Shown one piece after another: positions 11,913-23,605 of a stretch of 54,151 nucleotides of DNA. Numbering within the stretch: the first letter of the stretch is position 1; every line of letters begins with the position of its first letter. Location: the NCBI RefSeq assembly GCF_001194135.2, contig NC_068988.1:15944457-15998607 (forward strand). The letters run 5' to 3'. The notes beneath the pieces are model-generated. The model was given only the letters and a program-made list of their open reading frames with translations, ran no database searches and was not told where the DNA came from. The DNA comes from Octopus bimaculoides (Eukaryota). The position numbers were made by a program, and so were the translations under genes.

Positions 11913-14009
11913 TGATATATATATATATATATATATATATATGACACGGGAGTGAAGATATGTTACCATGAAGTAGAGAAATTTGAAAAGACAACACGAA
12001 ACCGGTAATTTCTCCAAATACAATGTTTATATACCAAAAAAATTTTATAAAATTTTTCTGACATATTTTAAATATATACTTTAACCATGTAACACAAACC
12101 TTCTGTAGTTTTTTCACTCTCGTTTATCTTTTATATATATATATATATACATATATCAAACATATGAAATAGAGGCAGCATTAGCATAATTAACCACATA
12201 TACTAAACGTATATGCATTGTGTATTTGCTGGAGGCTGAGATTTGGGGTGGTGCAAAATAGCCTCTCAAAGCTCCGAGAATTGAAACACCTGAAAGTCAT
12301 GGACACGTTGGATAATTCACCTCTAATCCCATCTAAGGAGTGATAGACATCTACAAATTTGCACAAACGAACATGTTAAAGAGTATGGCCATCACTGACA
12401 AATCATATTATCCTAGATATTAATGAGAACGTCTGACAGCAATGCCCCTGCTGCAACTACAAATACGACTAGGCTAGAAACAAGCAACAGCAAGTTCTCC
12501 AGCATCACAAGGCGGTTGTTACTTCAAAAAATTTCCTCTCCTAGAAAGATGTCTCAGTAAAGACCAGGTGTCTGTCACTCCCAGTTGTTGGATGACCGAT
12601 ATTGTACTGAGTCTTTTGACAGGTTATGTTTTCAATCATGCAGGGTGTACAACGAAAGCCACCTTCCTTAGGAAGCAGAATCGCAATGGAAGCAATTCTA
12701 TAGCTATAGTAAAAACTCAAAATGTTTGTTGACCAAGATTAGCGGAAAACACTTCCTCAAACGGTCATGCATCTGATCTAAACCTGAAATGACGTAATAG
12801 CGAAGATCTAAAACACACATCCATAGATGCATCCCATTGAATTATACAAATTCTTGCTATCTAGCACCTTCGGATGATCTCTACTCAACCGCTACACAAC
12901 TGTTACTCGACTGCTACTCAACACTCTTCCACAGTCAGACTACCTCTATTTATATGTCTTGAGAGATCCTACTTCTTCGCCTGGGGGCGTCGACACAACA
13001 AAATCCTTGAAATTTCAGACGGAAATCCATATGTTGCTTTAAATTACAAATGGCGGTTTACTAGACAAAGATAGTTGGACAATTGCAAATTTAATTAATG
13101 TGAGAATACATTTTTTGGAAAAGAAAATGAAATATCTTGCGTTTTTCATCATTACGTTTATTTAATTTCCCTGAGACACAACCATAACTACAAAGATTTG
13201 AAAAGTCAGTATTGATATCGCCAAGAACTTTTTTCATTCTTTAATATATGCTGTGTATTTGCTGCTTTTAATACATAGAAAACAAAATAATTTTCTTAAT
13301 GGTGAACGTTGTAATCCGATTTTTACTGGGATACGCAATGATCAATCTCGACAGGCGAAGAGAAATGGTTTCGTTTAATTAACTTAAGTGATGCAATTGA
13401 CTGCTCTGCTCGAAACAGATATACCTGCATACATACATAGTTTTGTTCACACACCACACACACACATACATACATACACATGAGTATGCACACACATACA
13501 TACATACATACATACAGATGAGTATGCACATTTATTTATTTATATGCTTGAATGTGTGTATGCATATTCATATAGATGCATACATACATACATAGGTACA
13601 CACACCCACACACCCACACACCCACACACATATATATATGCATGTTTGTGTGTGTGCATGTATGTTTGGTATGCATATACACATACATATATAATTACAC
13701 ATATGCACCAATATATAAATATTCATTTCCTTCGACTTATTTATTCCAGCTGCTTTTCTGATGTTGTGAAAAACAAAAAGACTTGTTGACTTATCCATGA
13801 TACAATCTGAGGTGAAGAAAACCTTTCCAATCTGTTGAGTAAGCACAATATTTATTCCGATGACTTTCAAAGACAGTAATCACACTAATATAAAAGCTTC
13901 TAACTGTTGCTGTTACCTCTCAGCTGCTGCATATTACTGTTATGGAGCAATAAAGGATTGTCATGTTTCTCTATATACTTTTCAAGTCTATTTATTTATG
14001 TAATTATCT

Positions 14010-14480
14010 CATATGTTTCAGTTTTTGCGTCATTGGACTCTGGTCATGCTGGCGCACCACCGCCTCGAATGATTTTAATCGGACGAATCGACCTCAATGC
14101 TTATTTTTTATGCTGGTACTCATTCTGTTAGTCACTTATGGCGAACTGCTAATTTATGGGGACATAAACAAACCAGCGTCAGTTGTGAAGAGCTGGGGAG
14201 AGTGACAAGGACAAAACTACAGACACACGCGCGCACACAGAGATACACACTCAAGCACGCACAGACACACAAATACACACACACACACACACTTAGACAC
14301 ATATACACACACATATGTGTGAGTATGTGTGGCTTTCACACAGTTTCAATTCTACCAAATTTACTCACAGAGCATTGGTCGACCCACAGTTTAATTAGAA
14401 GACACTTGCTAAATCTGCCGTGCACTGGAACTGAAACCAAAACCATGTGGTTACAAAGAGAACTTCTTAACCACACACAC
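14010..14480 (-). mobile_element. SINE family A, old near-full copy with internal (CA)n
   Basis: Tail GGTCATGCTGGCGCACC, middle CTACCAAATTTACTCACAG and head GAACTGAAACCAAAACCATGTGGTT are all recognisable. Confidence 0.75.
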
Positions 14481-14699
14481 AGTGCTGCCTATTTATTTAT
14501 TTATTTATTTATTTATTCATTCATTCATTCAATTAGACAGCGAATAGATACACTCATGGAAATTGTTTATGCTTAGAACGAAATTGCATAAATATGAAGA
14601 GAATTTTTTAAACTTCGGTTGTGTGTCTTGTTTGCAGGACTCTTTGTTGTAATTTGTGTATTGAACCAAATTTTGTTGTGTCAGAAAGTTCGCGGGGAA

Positions 14700-14860
14700 G
14701 GGCTAAGTCGATTACATCGGTCCTAATGCTCAATTGGTACTTATTTTATGGATCTTAAAAGAATGAAAGGCAAAGTCGACCTCGACAGAATTAGAACGCT
14801 GGACGTAGCCGTTAAGCATTTTGCCCGGTATGGTAACGATTCTGCCAGCCCACCGCCTTA
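14700..14860 (-). mobile_element. SINE family B
   Basis: GAATGAAAGGCAAAGTCGACCTCG...AACGATTCTGCCAGCCCACCGCCTTA matches the reverse complement of 48660-48872. Confidence 0.85.
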
Positions 14861-14864
14861 CGTT

Positions 14865-15011
14865 CTGAGTAATATTGAGCTCTCCTTTTATAAGTCTCAA
14901 GTTACTCTAATGGTTGAAAAAATTGGGTATGTGTATCATACATGCTACATAGACGCCAAGGAAATATGCCCTGCGTATCACATGTGATACATAGGACAGG
15001 CAAAGGGTTAA
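14865..15011 (-). mobile_element. piggyBac-like terminus (second copy); a further partial diverged copy at ~15120-15205
   Basis: Ends GGACAGGCAAAGGG-TTAA; contains GTATCACATGTGATAC; homologous to 6083-6235. Confidence 0.55.
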
Positions 15012-15950
15012 TTATTTGCAATGCAAAGTTTTTTTGTAACAAATAAAGTTTCGATTTCCCCTATCTCAAGCCTGTCGTACAATACCGTTCTCTTCGCTTA
15101 ATAATTTGACTCAGTCTCAAGCTTTTCTCTTATAAGTCCTAAGTTACTTTAATGGTTGAAAAATGTGTCGTATATGATGCATATTGCCAGGGAAATATTG
15201 CACGTTTACATCCGACTCGCTAACAGGACACATAAACACACACGCACACACACACACACACACACGCACACACACACAGATACACACAGACAGACAGACA
15301 CGCACACATGCATAAACAATGGCTGACACGAATAAAAAAATGCAGTAAACAGTTTACTTTTCCATTGGTAAGAATTTAGTTAATAGTAGCTTATAAGTTT
15401 TCTTACCTTCAGTTTATCTAAATAATCATGAAAATCATTGTCTTTACCTTCTCCATCATTTCCGTAGTATTGTCAATAAAACATATCAAAACTGACTTGA
15501 ATAAGTTTTAGTTGATCTCTGCCATCTTAAATCAAATGACGTCGCATTTTGAAATTTGATTCTGGAAACTTATGACATTTGTTACTAATCCTTACATCCT
15601 CTTTCTATTATCCATACTTCTCAAAACCTAAAAAGGTCATTAAAAAGCAAAACAAAAAATAAAAATAAAAGCAAAACAAAAAATAAAAATAAAAGCAAAA
15701 ACAACCCAACCAACGAAGTTAGACAGATAAAAATCTCACAAATAATAATGTCATACGGTTTCAGAATAATGTTGCATTTAAAGTTGTCAGATAACTACGG
15801 CAAACTGGCGGAATCAATAAATAGCCGGATAAAATACCTTGAAGTGTTTTCTCCGGCTCTCTAAATTTTAAGTTCAAGTTCCGCCAGTTAAAATTTTGTT
15901 TTACTTTCCGGGAACGATGAGATAAATCAGATCCATTTTTGTGTGATATA

Positions 15951-16915
15951 CGAGCTGGTATCAAAAAGTTCCCGGACTAGTTATTTGCCTACATTTTAAC
16001 ATCTTCTTCTTCGAAATCGTCACCTTGCGTAGCAATACACCGGTTCCAGCATTCCTGCCACTTTTGGAATCTGGCTTTGAGATCGCTTTCTGTAAGCGAG
16101 TCGAGTACTTGCTGCGATTTGCTTTTGATTTCGACAACGGTGTTAAAACGACAACCTTTGAGCTGCATTTTCAATTTGGGGAAGAGATGGAAGTCCGTAA
16201 GTGTTAAGTCTGGTGAATAGGGCGGGTGCGGAAACGATACAATGTTGCTTTTAGCGTGAAACTCACGAGTGAGGAGAGGTCAGTGTCACGGTGCATTGTC
16301 ATGAAGAATCCATTTCTTTGCGCTCCACATATCCGGTCACTGTCGCCGAATCTCCTCCCTGAAACGCTTCAAAACTTCGCAGTAAAATTCTCGATTAACA
16401 GTCTGACTCTTGGGGACAAATTCGCAATGCGTAGGGACTGAACCTCAAACAATGTGGTTGGGAAGCAAGTCTCTTATCACACAGTCGTGCCTGCTTTTGT
16501 GTGGTGAAGTTTTGAAGACGACCCAAAGATTATGACGTATATGGCATGGTATAAAACATTTTTTTTTTACCTATAAATACCAATTAATAATTTTGCGAAT
16601 TTCTTTTTTGCATCAGAAGAAAACTGATGTTTATTTACATTGACTTTGAAATAAAGCAAAAAATTGTGAGATGCATGACAAACATCGTTGTGACATTTTC
16701 ACAACATATATTTTCTGTATATTCTAAATAGTATAGAACTGGAGAGACTACGGGTGTCAAAAAATTCTATGAGCATGCTCTTGGTTGTGCTGGGGTTCTG
16801 TCGTGCCTTCTTCAATCATGGAGATGAAGAGCTCTTTCATTGTGACGACTGCTGCTTCATCTAAGGGCCGTACCTGTAGACCTAACTCTCGTCACTGGTG
16901 ATGACTTCCCAAGCT
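15951..16915 (-). mobile_element. Decayed mariner (Tc1/mariner, D,D34D) transposon, split by a 311-bp insertion at 16433-16743
   Basis: Minus translation: ITSDES*VY.Y..MKQQSSQ*KS...KKARQ...KSMLIEFFDTRSL | THCEFVPKSQTVNREFYCEVLKRFRE...WILHDNAP...HPPYSPDL..TDFHLFPKLKMQLKG...WQECWNRCIATQGDDFE. TIR-like CGAGCTGGTATCAAAAAGTTCCCGGACT follows a TA at 15949-15950. Confidence 0.9.
16433..16743 (+). repeat. Local duplicate of 17424-18125 (without the SINE C insertion)
   Basis: Colinear similarity from AGGGACTGAACC to GTATAGAACTGGA in both copies. Confidence 0.9.
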
Positions 16916-17178
16916 GAACGCAAAATTTTACCTTGCCTCTTTGTTCCAACTTACTGTCCATGACGAAAATCACAGACTACAACAAACACGTGATCAGAAA
17001 AACACATGCGATAGTGAGAAACATAAAAGTATGATAGTGAGAGACAGAAATTATGAAACATCTAAGCTGTAAATCCTAACCATTTATAAGAATTGTATTG
17101 ATTCCCTTTTTACACTGAAGTTTGACCACCAAGGTAACTGTGAAACAAAAATCTTTTTTTTTTTTTTACCTGCAATGT

Positions 17179-17485
17179 ATCTTTTATCTTTTATCTATTA
17201 CTTGTTTCAGTCATTGAACTCCAGCCATGGTACTTTTTCTCTCCAACTCATATACAGTACCGCTAAATTACTGGCACATAAACAAACCAGCGCCGGTTGT
17301 CAAGCGGTGTAGGGTTCAAACACAGGCACAAGAACACACACACATATATTTATACGGCAGGCTCACAAGGCTTCGGTTGGTCTGAAGTCATAATAGAATA
17401 CACTTGTCGAAGGTGTCATGCATAGGGACTGAACCCCAAACAGTGTGGTTGGGAAGCAAGTCTCTTATCACACAGTCATGCCTGC
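17179..17485 (-). mobile_element. SINE family A
   Basis: Tail, middle and tRNA-like head (GGGACTGAACC...CACACAGTCATGCCTGC on plus) present. Confidence 0.85.
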
Positions 17486-17583
17486 TTTTGAATGGTGAAG
17501 TTTTTGAAGAGGACCCAAAGAATATGACGTATATGGCATGATACAAAACATTTTTATTTTTTACCTATAAATATCAATTACTA

Positions 17584-17953
17584 TTGTTGGCACTCCGTCG
17601 GTTACGACGACGAGGGTTCCAGTTGATCTGATCAACGGAACAACCTGCTCGTGAAATTCACGTGCAAGTGGCTGAGTACTCCACAGACACGTGTACCCTT
17701 AACGTAGTTCTCGGGGAGATTCAGCGTGACACAGTGTGACAAGGCTGGCCCTTTGAAATACAGGTACAACAGAAGCAGGAAGAAAGAGTGAGAGAAGGTT
17801 GTAGTGAAAGAGTACAGCAGGGTTCGCCGGAGCCTCGTGGAACTTGAGGTGTTTCCGCTCAATAAACACTCACAACGCTCGGTCTGGGAATCGAAACCGC
17901 GATCCTACGACCGCGAGTCCGCTGCCCTAACCACTGGGCCATTGCGCCTCCAC
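17584..17953 (-). mobile_element. SINE family C, full length, 11-bp TSD ATCAATTACTA
   Basis: Minus head GTGGAGGCGCAATGGCCCAGTGGTTAGG...GGTTTCGATTCCC has Pol III A/B boxes; tail ...GGAGTGCCAACAA; TSD at 17573-17583 and 17954-17964. Confidence 0.92.
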
Positions 17954-18132
17954 ATCAATTACTAATTTTGCGAATTACTTTTTTGCAGCAGACAAAAACT
18001 GATGTTCATTAACATTGACTTTGAAATTTAAAAAAAAAAAATAATTCTGAGATGCATGGCCAAAATCGATGTGACATTTTCACACCATATATTTTCTGCA
18101 TATTCCAAATAGTATAGAACTGGAAGAAACTA

Positions 18133-18450
18133 TTCTCTTTTACTCTTTTATTTGTTTCAGCCATTTGACTGCGGCCATGCTGGAGCACCGCCTTTAGTCG
18201 AACATATCGACCCCAGAACTTATTCTTTGTAAGCCTAGTATTTATTCTATCGGTCACTTAGGCCGAACCGCTAAGTTACGAGAACGTAGACACACCAACA
18301 TCGGTTGTCAAGCAGTGGTGGGGGAAAAACACAGACACACAAACATATACAAAGTGCCACGCAGTGGGACTGAACCCAGAAACATGTGGTTGGTAAACAA
18401 GTTACTTACCACACAGCCACTCCTGCTTCTATTAAGCTACTCCTGCGCCT
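18133..18450 (-). mobile_element. SINE family A with internal deletion
   Basis: Tail and head are intact, but the central ACCAAATCCACTCACAAG segment is missing. Confidence 0.88.
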
Positions 18451-18837
18451 ATCATTATCACGTAGAACATGAAGCATTATATACCGATCTTTACAGGTAT
18501 ATAACGATTTATTTGGGCATTCTAAAAATGTTTAAAAACCTATATTGGTTCAACTATCATGCGATAAACTCAGTACACCTTACATAAATAATTTAGGTCA
18601 AGAAATGATATTCATAAAAGTACAAAGCCGTGAGAGCTACAACCAAAATATCTACTGGCATAAATAAAAAATGCACGTAAGACAAATCACTTGGCCAAGT
18701 TATGACGCTGCTAATCCCAGGATAATTATCATCGCTTAAATGTTTCTGGTGAGAAATTTAATTTCTTCATTAAGTGCAAAACCATTTTCGTAATTTATTT
18801 TCACCAAGGGTAATGGAACAAATTGACGACATTATTA

Positions 18838-19050
18838 TATGTTTCAATCATCTGATTGCAGCCATGCTGGAGTATCACTTTAAGGGGTTTTAGCCGAACA
18901 AATCGACCCCAGGACTTATTGTTTGTAAGCTTAGTACTTATTCTAACGGTCTCTTTTGCCCAGCCGCTAAATTAAAGGAACATACACACACCAACATCGG
19001 TTGTCAAGCGAAGGTGGGGGTACAAACACGGACACAAACACACAAGTATA
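18838..19050 (-). mobile_element. SINE family A, 3' half
   Basis: GCCATGCTGGAG...AATCGACCCCAGGACTTATT...CATCGGTTGTCAAGCG. Confidence 0.82.
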
Positions 19051-19222
19051 TGTTTGTGTGTGTGCTTATATATAAATATAAATATATATATATATAAATT
19101 TAATTGGAGGATATCAACCTCGTGAAGGGATTGTTGCATCCAAGGAAATGCTGGTTCAATACCTAATATTGTTGGGGAATGAAATTCCCTTAAAAAGAAG
19201 GTATATATTAAGTATATCCAGT

Positions 19223-19578
19223 TAAAAGAAGAAAGAAAAGAAAATGGAGATAAGGAAGTTAACAATTATTTGTTATTAACAAATTGGCCATCTTCGCTTC
19301 TTACAGCCACTTTAATTAATACTCAATAAATATAATTACAAATTTGTATATTAAATTTACATTTATGTGAAATGAGCATAATTTCATCAGGTCGGCATAT
19401 AACATCTCGAGGTACAGCTTTTTTTACGCTCATTTAACATAAATGCAAATTTAATGTAAAAATTTGTAATTAAATTTATTGAGTATTAATTAAAGCAGCT
19501 GTAAGAAGCGAAGATGAGCAATTTGTTAATAATAAATAATTGTTACCTTCCTTATCTCCATTTTCTTTTCTTCTTTTA
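19223..19578. repeat. Long inverted repeat (foldback/MITE-like), ~150-bp arms, 50-nt loop
   Basis: Arms 19223-19377 and 19428-19578 are reverse complements with only scattered mismatches. Confidence 0.93.
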
Positions 19579-19579
19579 G

Positions 19580-19666
<87 letters not shown>

Positions 19667-20081
19667 NNNNNNNNNNNNNNNNNNNNNNNNNNNNNNNNNN
19701 NNNNNNNNNNNNNNNNNNNNNNNNNNNNNNNNNNNNNNNNNNNNNNNNNNNNNNNNNNNNNNNNNNNNNNNNNNNNNNNNNNNNNNNNNNNNNNNNNNNN
19801 NNNNNNNNNNNNNNNNNNNNNNNNNNNNNNNNNNNNNNNNNNNNNNNNNNNNNNNNNNNNNNNNNNNNNNNNNNNNNNNNNNNNNNNNNNNNNNNNNNNN
19901 NNNNNNNNNNNNNNNNNNNNNNNNNNNNNNNNNNNNNNNNNNNNNNNNNNNNNNNNNNNNNNNNNNNNNNNNNNNNNNNNNNNNNNNNNNNNNNNNNNNN
20001 NNNNNNNNNNNNNNNNNNNNNNNNNNNNNNNNNNNNNNNNNNNNNNNNNNNNNNNNNNNNNNNNNNNNNNNNNNNNNNTGG

Positions 20082-20255
20082 GGGGGGGCACTTGATTAGA
20101 TCGACCCCAGTACGCAATTGGTACTTAATTTATCGATCTCGAAAGGATGAAAGGCAAATTCGACCTCGGAGGAATTTGAACTCAGAACGTGAAAACAGAC
20201 GAAATACCGCAAAGCATTTCGCCCAGCGTGCAAACGATTCTGCTAGTTCGCCGCC

Positions 20256-20319
<64 letters not shown>

Positions 20320-20749
20320 CAACTATTTCAAATTTTTGCTACAGAGGCAGCTGGGAATGGGTCGATTACATTGACTCCAGTGTTCAACTGGTACTTATTT
20401 TATCGACCCCCAAAGGATGAAAGGTAAATTCGACCTCAGTGGAATTTGAACTCAGAACGTAGCGGCAGATGAAATGCCGCTAATCATCTTGCCCAGTGTG
20501 CTAACGATTCTGCTTGTATATAACTTGATGCTACACTAGCTGTAAGGTAAGCGTAATCCTTATACATTTTGGACCCTTGACGTAGATATAAATATTCTTT
20601 TCTACTCTAGGCACAAGGCCCGAAATTTTGGGAGAAGGAGCCAGTCGATTAGTTCGACTTCAGCGGAATTTGGACTCAGAATGTAAGGCAGACGAAATCC
20701 TGCTGAGCATTTCGTCGGCGTACTAACATTTCTGCTCGTTTGTCACCTT
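20082..20749 (-). mobile_element. Three co-oriented SINE family B copies (20082-20258, 20331-20513, 20594-20749) with an (AAT)n tract at 20259-20315
   Basis: Each carries GAATTTG(A/G)ACTCAGAA; the first two carry AAAGGATGAAAGG; the third is internally deleted. Confidence 0.87.
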
Positions 20750-20955
20750 GACATATATATAAATATTGTAACATATTAAAAGTTGTTTCACTGTCTTAGC
20801 TCCACATGATAATCTTATTGTCTGGCATAAAATATTAATGGATGTCTGTCGCTACAACCTCGCAAATCTTTTTCTGGTTGTACTTTTCTCATAAAATCGT
20901 ACAATATTACATAGCAATTAATTTCTCCGAAGCATTCAGACAATAAATGAGTAAC

Positions 20956-20991
<36 letters not shown>

Positions 20992-20995
<4 letters not shown>

Positions 20996-21303
20996 CACTC
21001 CGTCGGTTACGACGAAAAGGTTCCCAGCTGATACGATCAATGGAGCAGCTTGCTCGTGAAATTAACGTGCAAGTGGCTGAGTACTCCATAGACACGTAGT
21101 TATGAGGGAGATTCAGCGTGACACACAGCGTGACAAGGCTGGCCATTTGAAATACAGGTACTACTTATTTTTGCCTGCTGAGTGGACTGGAGCAACGAGA
21201 AATAAAGTGTCTTGCTCAAAGACGCAACACGTCGCCGGAAATTGAACTCACGACATTACGATCATAAGCCGAATGCCCTAACCACTAAGCCACGCGTCTT
21301 CAC
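20992..21303 (-). mobile_element. SINE family D (tail variant 1): D head/body with family C 3' tail
   Basis: Plus 20992-21165 aligns with SINE C (GCACTCCGTCGGTTACGACG...GAAATACAGGTAC); 21175-21303 aligns with 2100-2238. Confidence 0.85.
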
Positions 21304-21865
21304 TATGTATGTATGTATGTATGTATGTATGTATGTATATATATATATATATATATATCTTCGAAACGTAGAGTTAGAATAGAGGCAGCTGATGAATAAT
21401 TCCAAGTGGCTTTCTGTTTTCCTATGTGTTCGTTCCGTTGTCTGTAGTTCATTGTTCTAACGTCCTGTACCCTGATATGCATCTATATACACATGTAGAT
21501 GAAAGTATATACATATATGTGTGTATACATGCATATATAATTTTTGTATTATATATATAATCACTGCTATAATCCATAACGAGACACTTTTAGGTCACTT
21601 GACCATTTAACACTCTTCTACTATAATACTACCTACATTCCTTCCTATTCTCCCTTCTCTTTCTCCTTGTTTTTCGTCATCATTCTCTCCGCCATCTCCT
21701 TCCTAACTCTACCACTTTTGCTGTTTAGAATAACACCTACGCAAATATTATAAACAATACATTCGAAAGAGATATCTCAAGAATTCAATCACTACTACCA
21801 CCCACAACGGGTCACTTTCAGTGTACTTGACCATTTAATATACTGCTATCATGACACTCCCGCAT

Positions 21866-21906
21866 TCTTCTTCTTGTTCTTCTTGTTCTTGTTCTTCTTT
21901 TTGTCC

Positions 21907-21980
<74 letters not shown>

Positions 21981-22161
21981 CTTGTTGTTGTTCTTGTTCT
22001 TGTTATTCTTGTTCTTCTTCTTGTTCTTCTTGTTCTTGTTCTTGTTTTTGTTCTTGTTCTTCTTGTACTTCTTCTTGTTCTTGTTCTTGTTCTTGTTCTT
22101 CTTCTTCTTCTTGGTCTTCTTCTTGTTGTTGTTCTTCTTCTTGTTGTTCTTCTTCTTGTTC

Positions 22162-22211
<50 letters not shown>

Positions 22212-22225
22212 ATTCTTCTTCTTCT
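21866..22225. repeat. Compound (TTG)n/(TTC)n microsatellite
   Basis: Direct reading; explains the poly-C/S and poly-L/F ORFs. Confidence 0.97.
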
Positions 22226-22495
22226 ACCAAAAATTCACAACGACCTTGAACCCACAAGAGTAAGCAAGACAGACAGAGACAGGCAGAAACAAGGAAAATG
22301 CCCCTTGTATTTGCATACTATACAAATATTCTTTTAAAAACTTTTCTTTTAATTTGTCCAACAATTAATTGTTTACCATTCTTACAGTTGGAAAAGTCTC
22401 AATGACAGAAACCGGTACTGAGATGTTTTTTATAAAATTATTTTAGTATTTTCTACCTTGACTTTTTTTCTCATACATATATGCATATATATATA

Positions 22496-22532
<37 letters not shown>

Positions 22533-23271
22533 TTATGCACACACGTACTCATTCACACACACACACACACACACACACATTTGAAATTTAAAAGTGTGCG
22601 ATAGAGAAGCACACATTTGTTTGACTAACACTCGAAGGCGGTGCTCCAGTATGGACACAGCCCTATGAAAGAAACAAAGGAAAGAATTAAAAAGAAAAGT
22701 AAATAAAAGATTTAAATAGAACCCGAAATATAAAGAAAATCTAATAAAAATATCTAATTAATAATTTTTCATTGATTCCATCTAATATTTTGAAAACAAG
22801 TTTTTATATAAATAAATGAATAAATAAATAAATAAACGAACAAATAAATAAATGTATAAACAAACAGATGAATAGATAAATATTTTTGTTTGTTTTGCTA
22901 TCACTCATGGTTGATCTTGATGTTTTCCTTGTCTTCAAATATATGTTTGTGCTGTGCATTCTTTAAGTGACCCGTGAATAAAGAAATAATAAGAGAAAAT
23001 AAATCCCCAAGAAAATAATTCATGCTGACCTTTCGTTCATAAAAATATTTGATTTATGGCTAAATCAGTTTTCCTACAGAAAAGGCGGAATTAATTCACA
23101 TTATTTCTTACGTGTGCATATGTATATGTATATGTATGCATGTGTGTATGTGTTTATGTATGTATGTGTGTATGTATGTATGTATGCATGCACGTGTGTG
23201 TATGTCTATGTATGCGTTTGTACTTGTGTGTGTACATGTATGAAGGAATGCATGTATGAATGAATGTGTGC

Positions 23272-23317
<46 letters not shown>

Positions 23318-23432
23318 ATATATATACATACATGTATGCGTGTGTGTGTTTATATATGTGCGTACGTGTGTGTTTATATATATATGTGTATGCGTGTATA
23401 CGTGTGTGTATACATGTCTGTGTGTGTATGCT

Positions 23433-23470
<38 letters not shown>

Positions 23471-23543
23471 AGTCTATTTGAAAATAAACATACGTATACA
23501 CGTTGTTAGAATTTATATGTATATGTGGTAACTGTATATCGTT

Positions 23544-23605
<62 letters not shown>

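Noticed and set aside
12885-13010. LTR-like segment with TATAAATAG on the minus strand
   Set aside because: No TG...CA ends, TSD, PBS or second copy found.
17880-17953. tRNA-Arg-like sequence (also 51850-51920 and other SINE heads)
   Set aside because: No closed acceptor stem; continues into SINE body with TSDs, so not a tRNA gene.
21851-22263. Cys/Ser-rich metallothionein-like ORF
   Set aside because: It is (TTG)n/(TTC)n repeat; the parallel frame reads poly-L/F.
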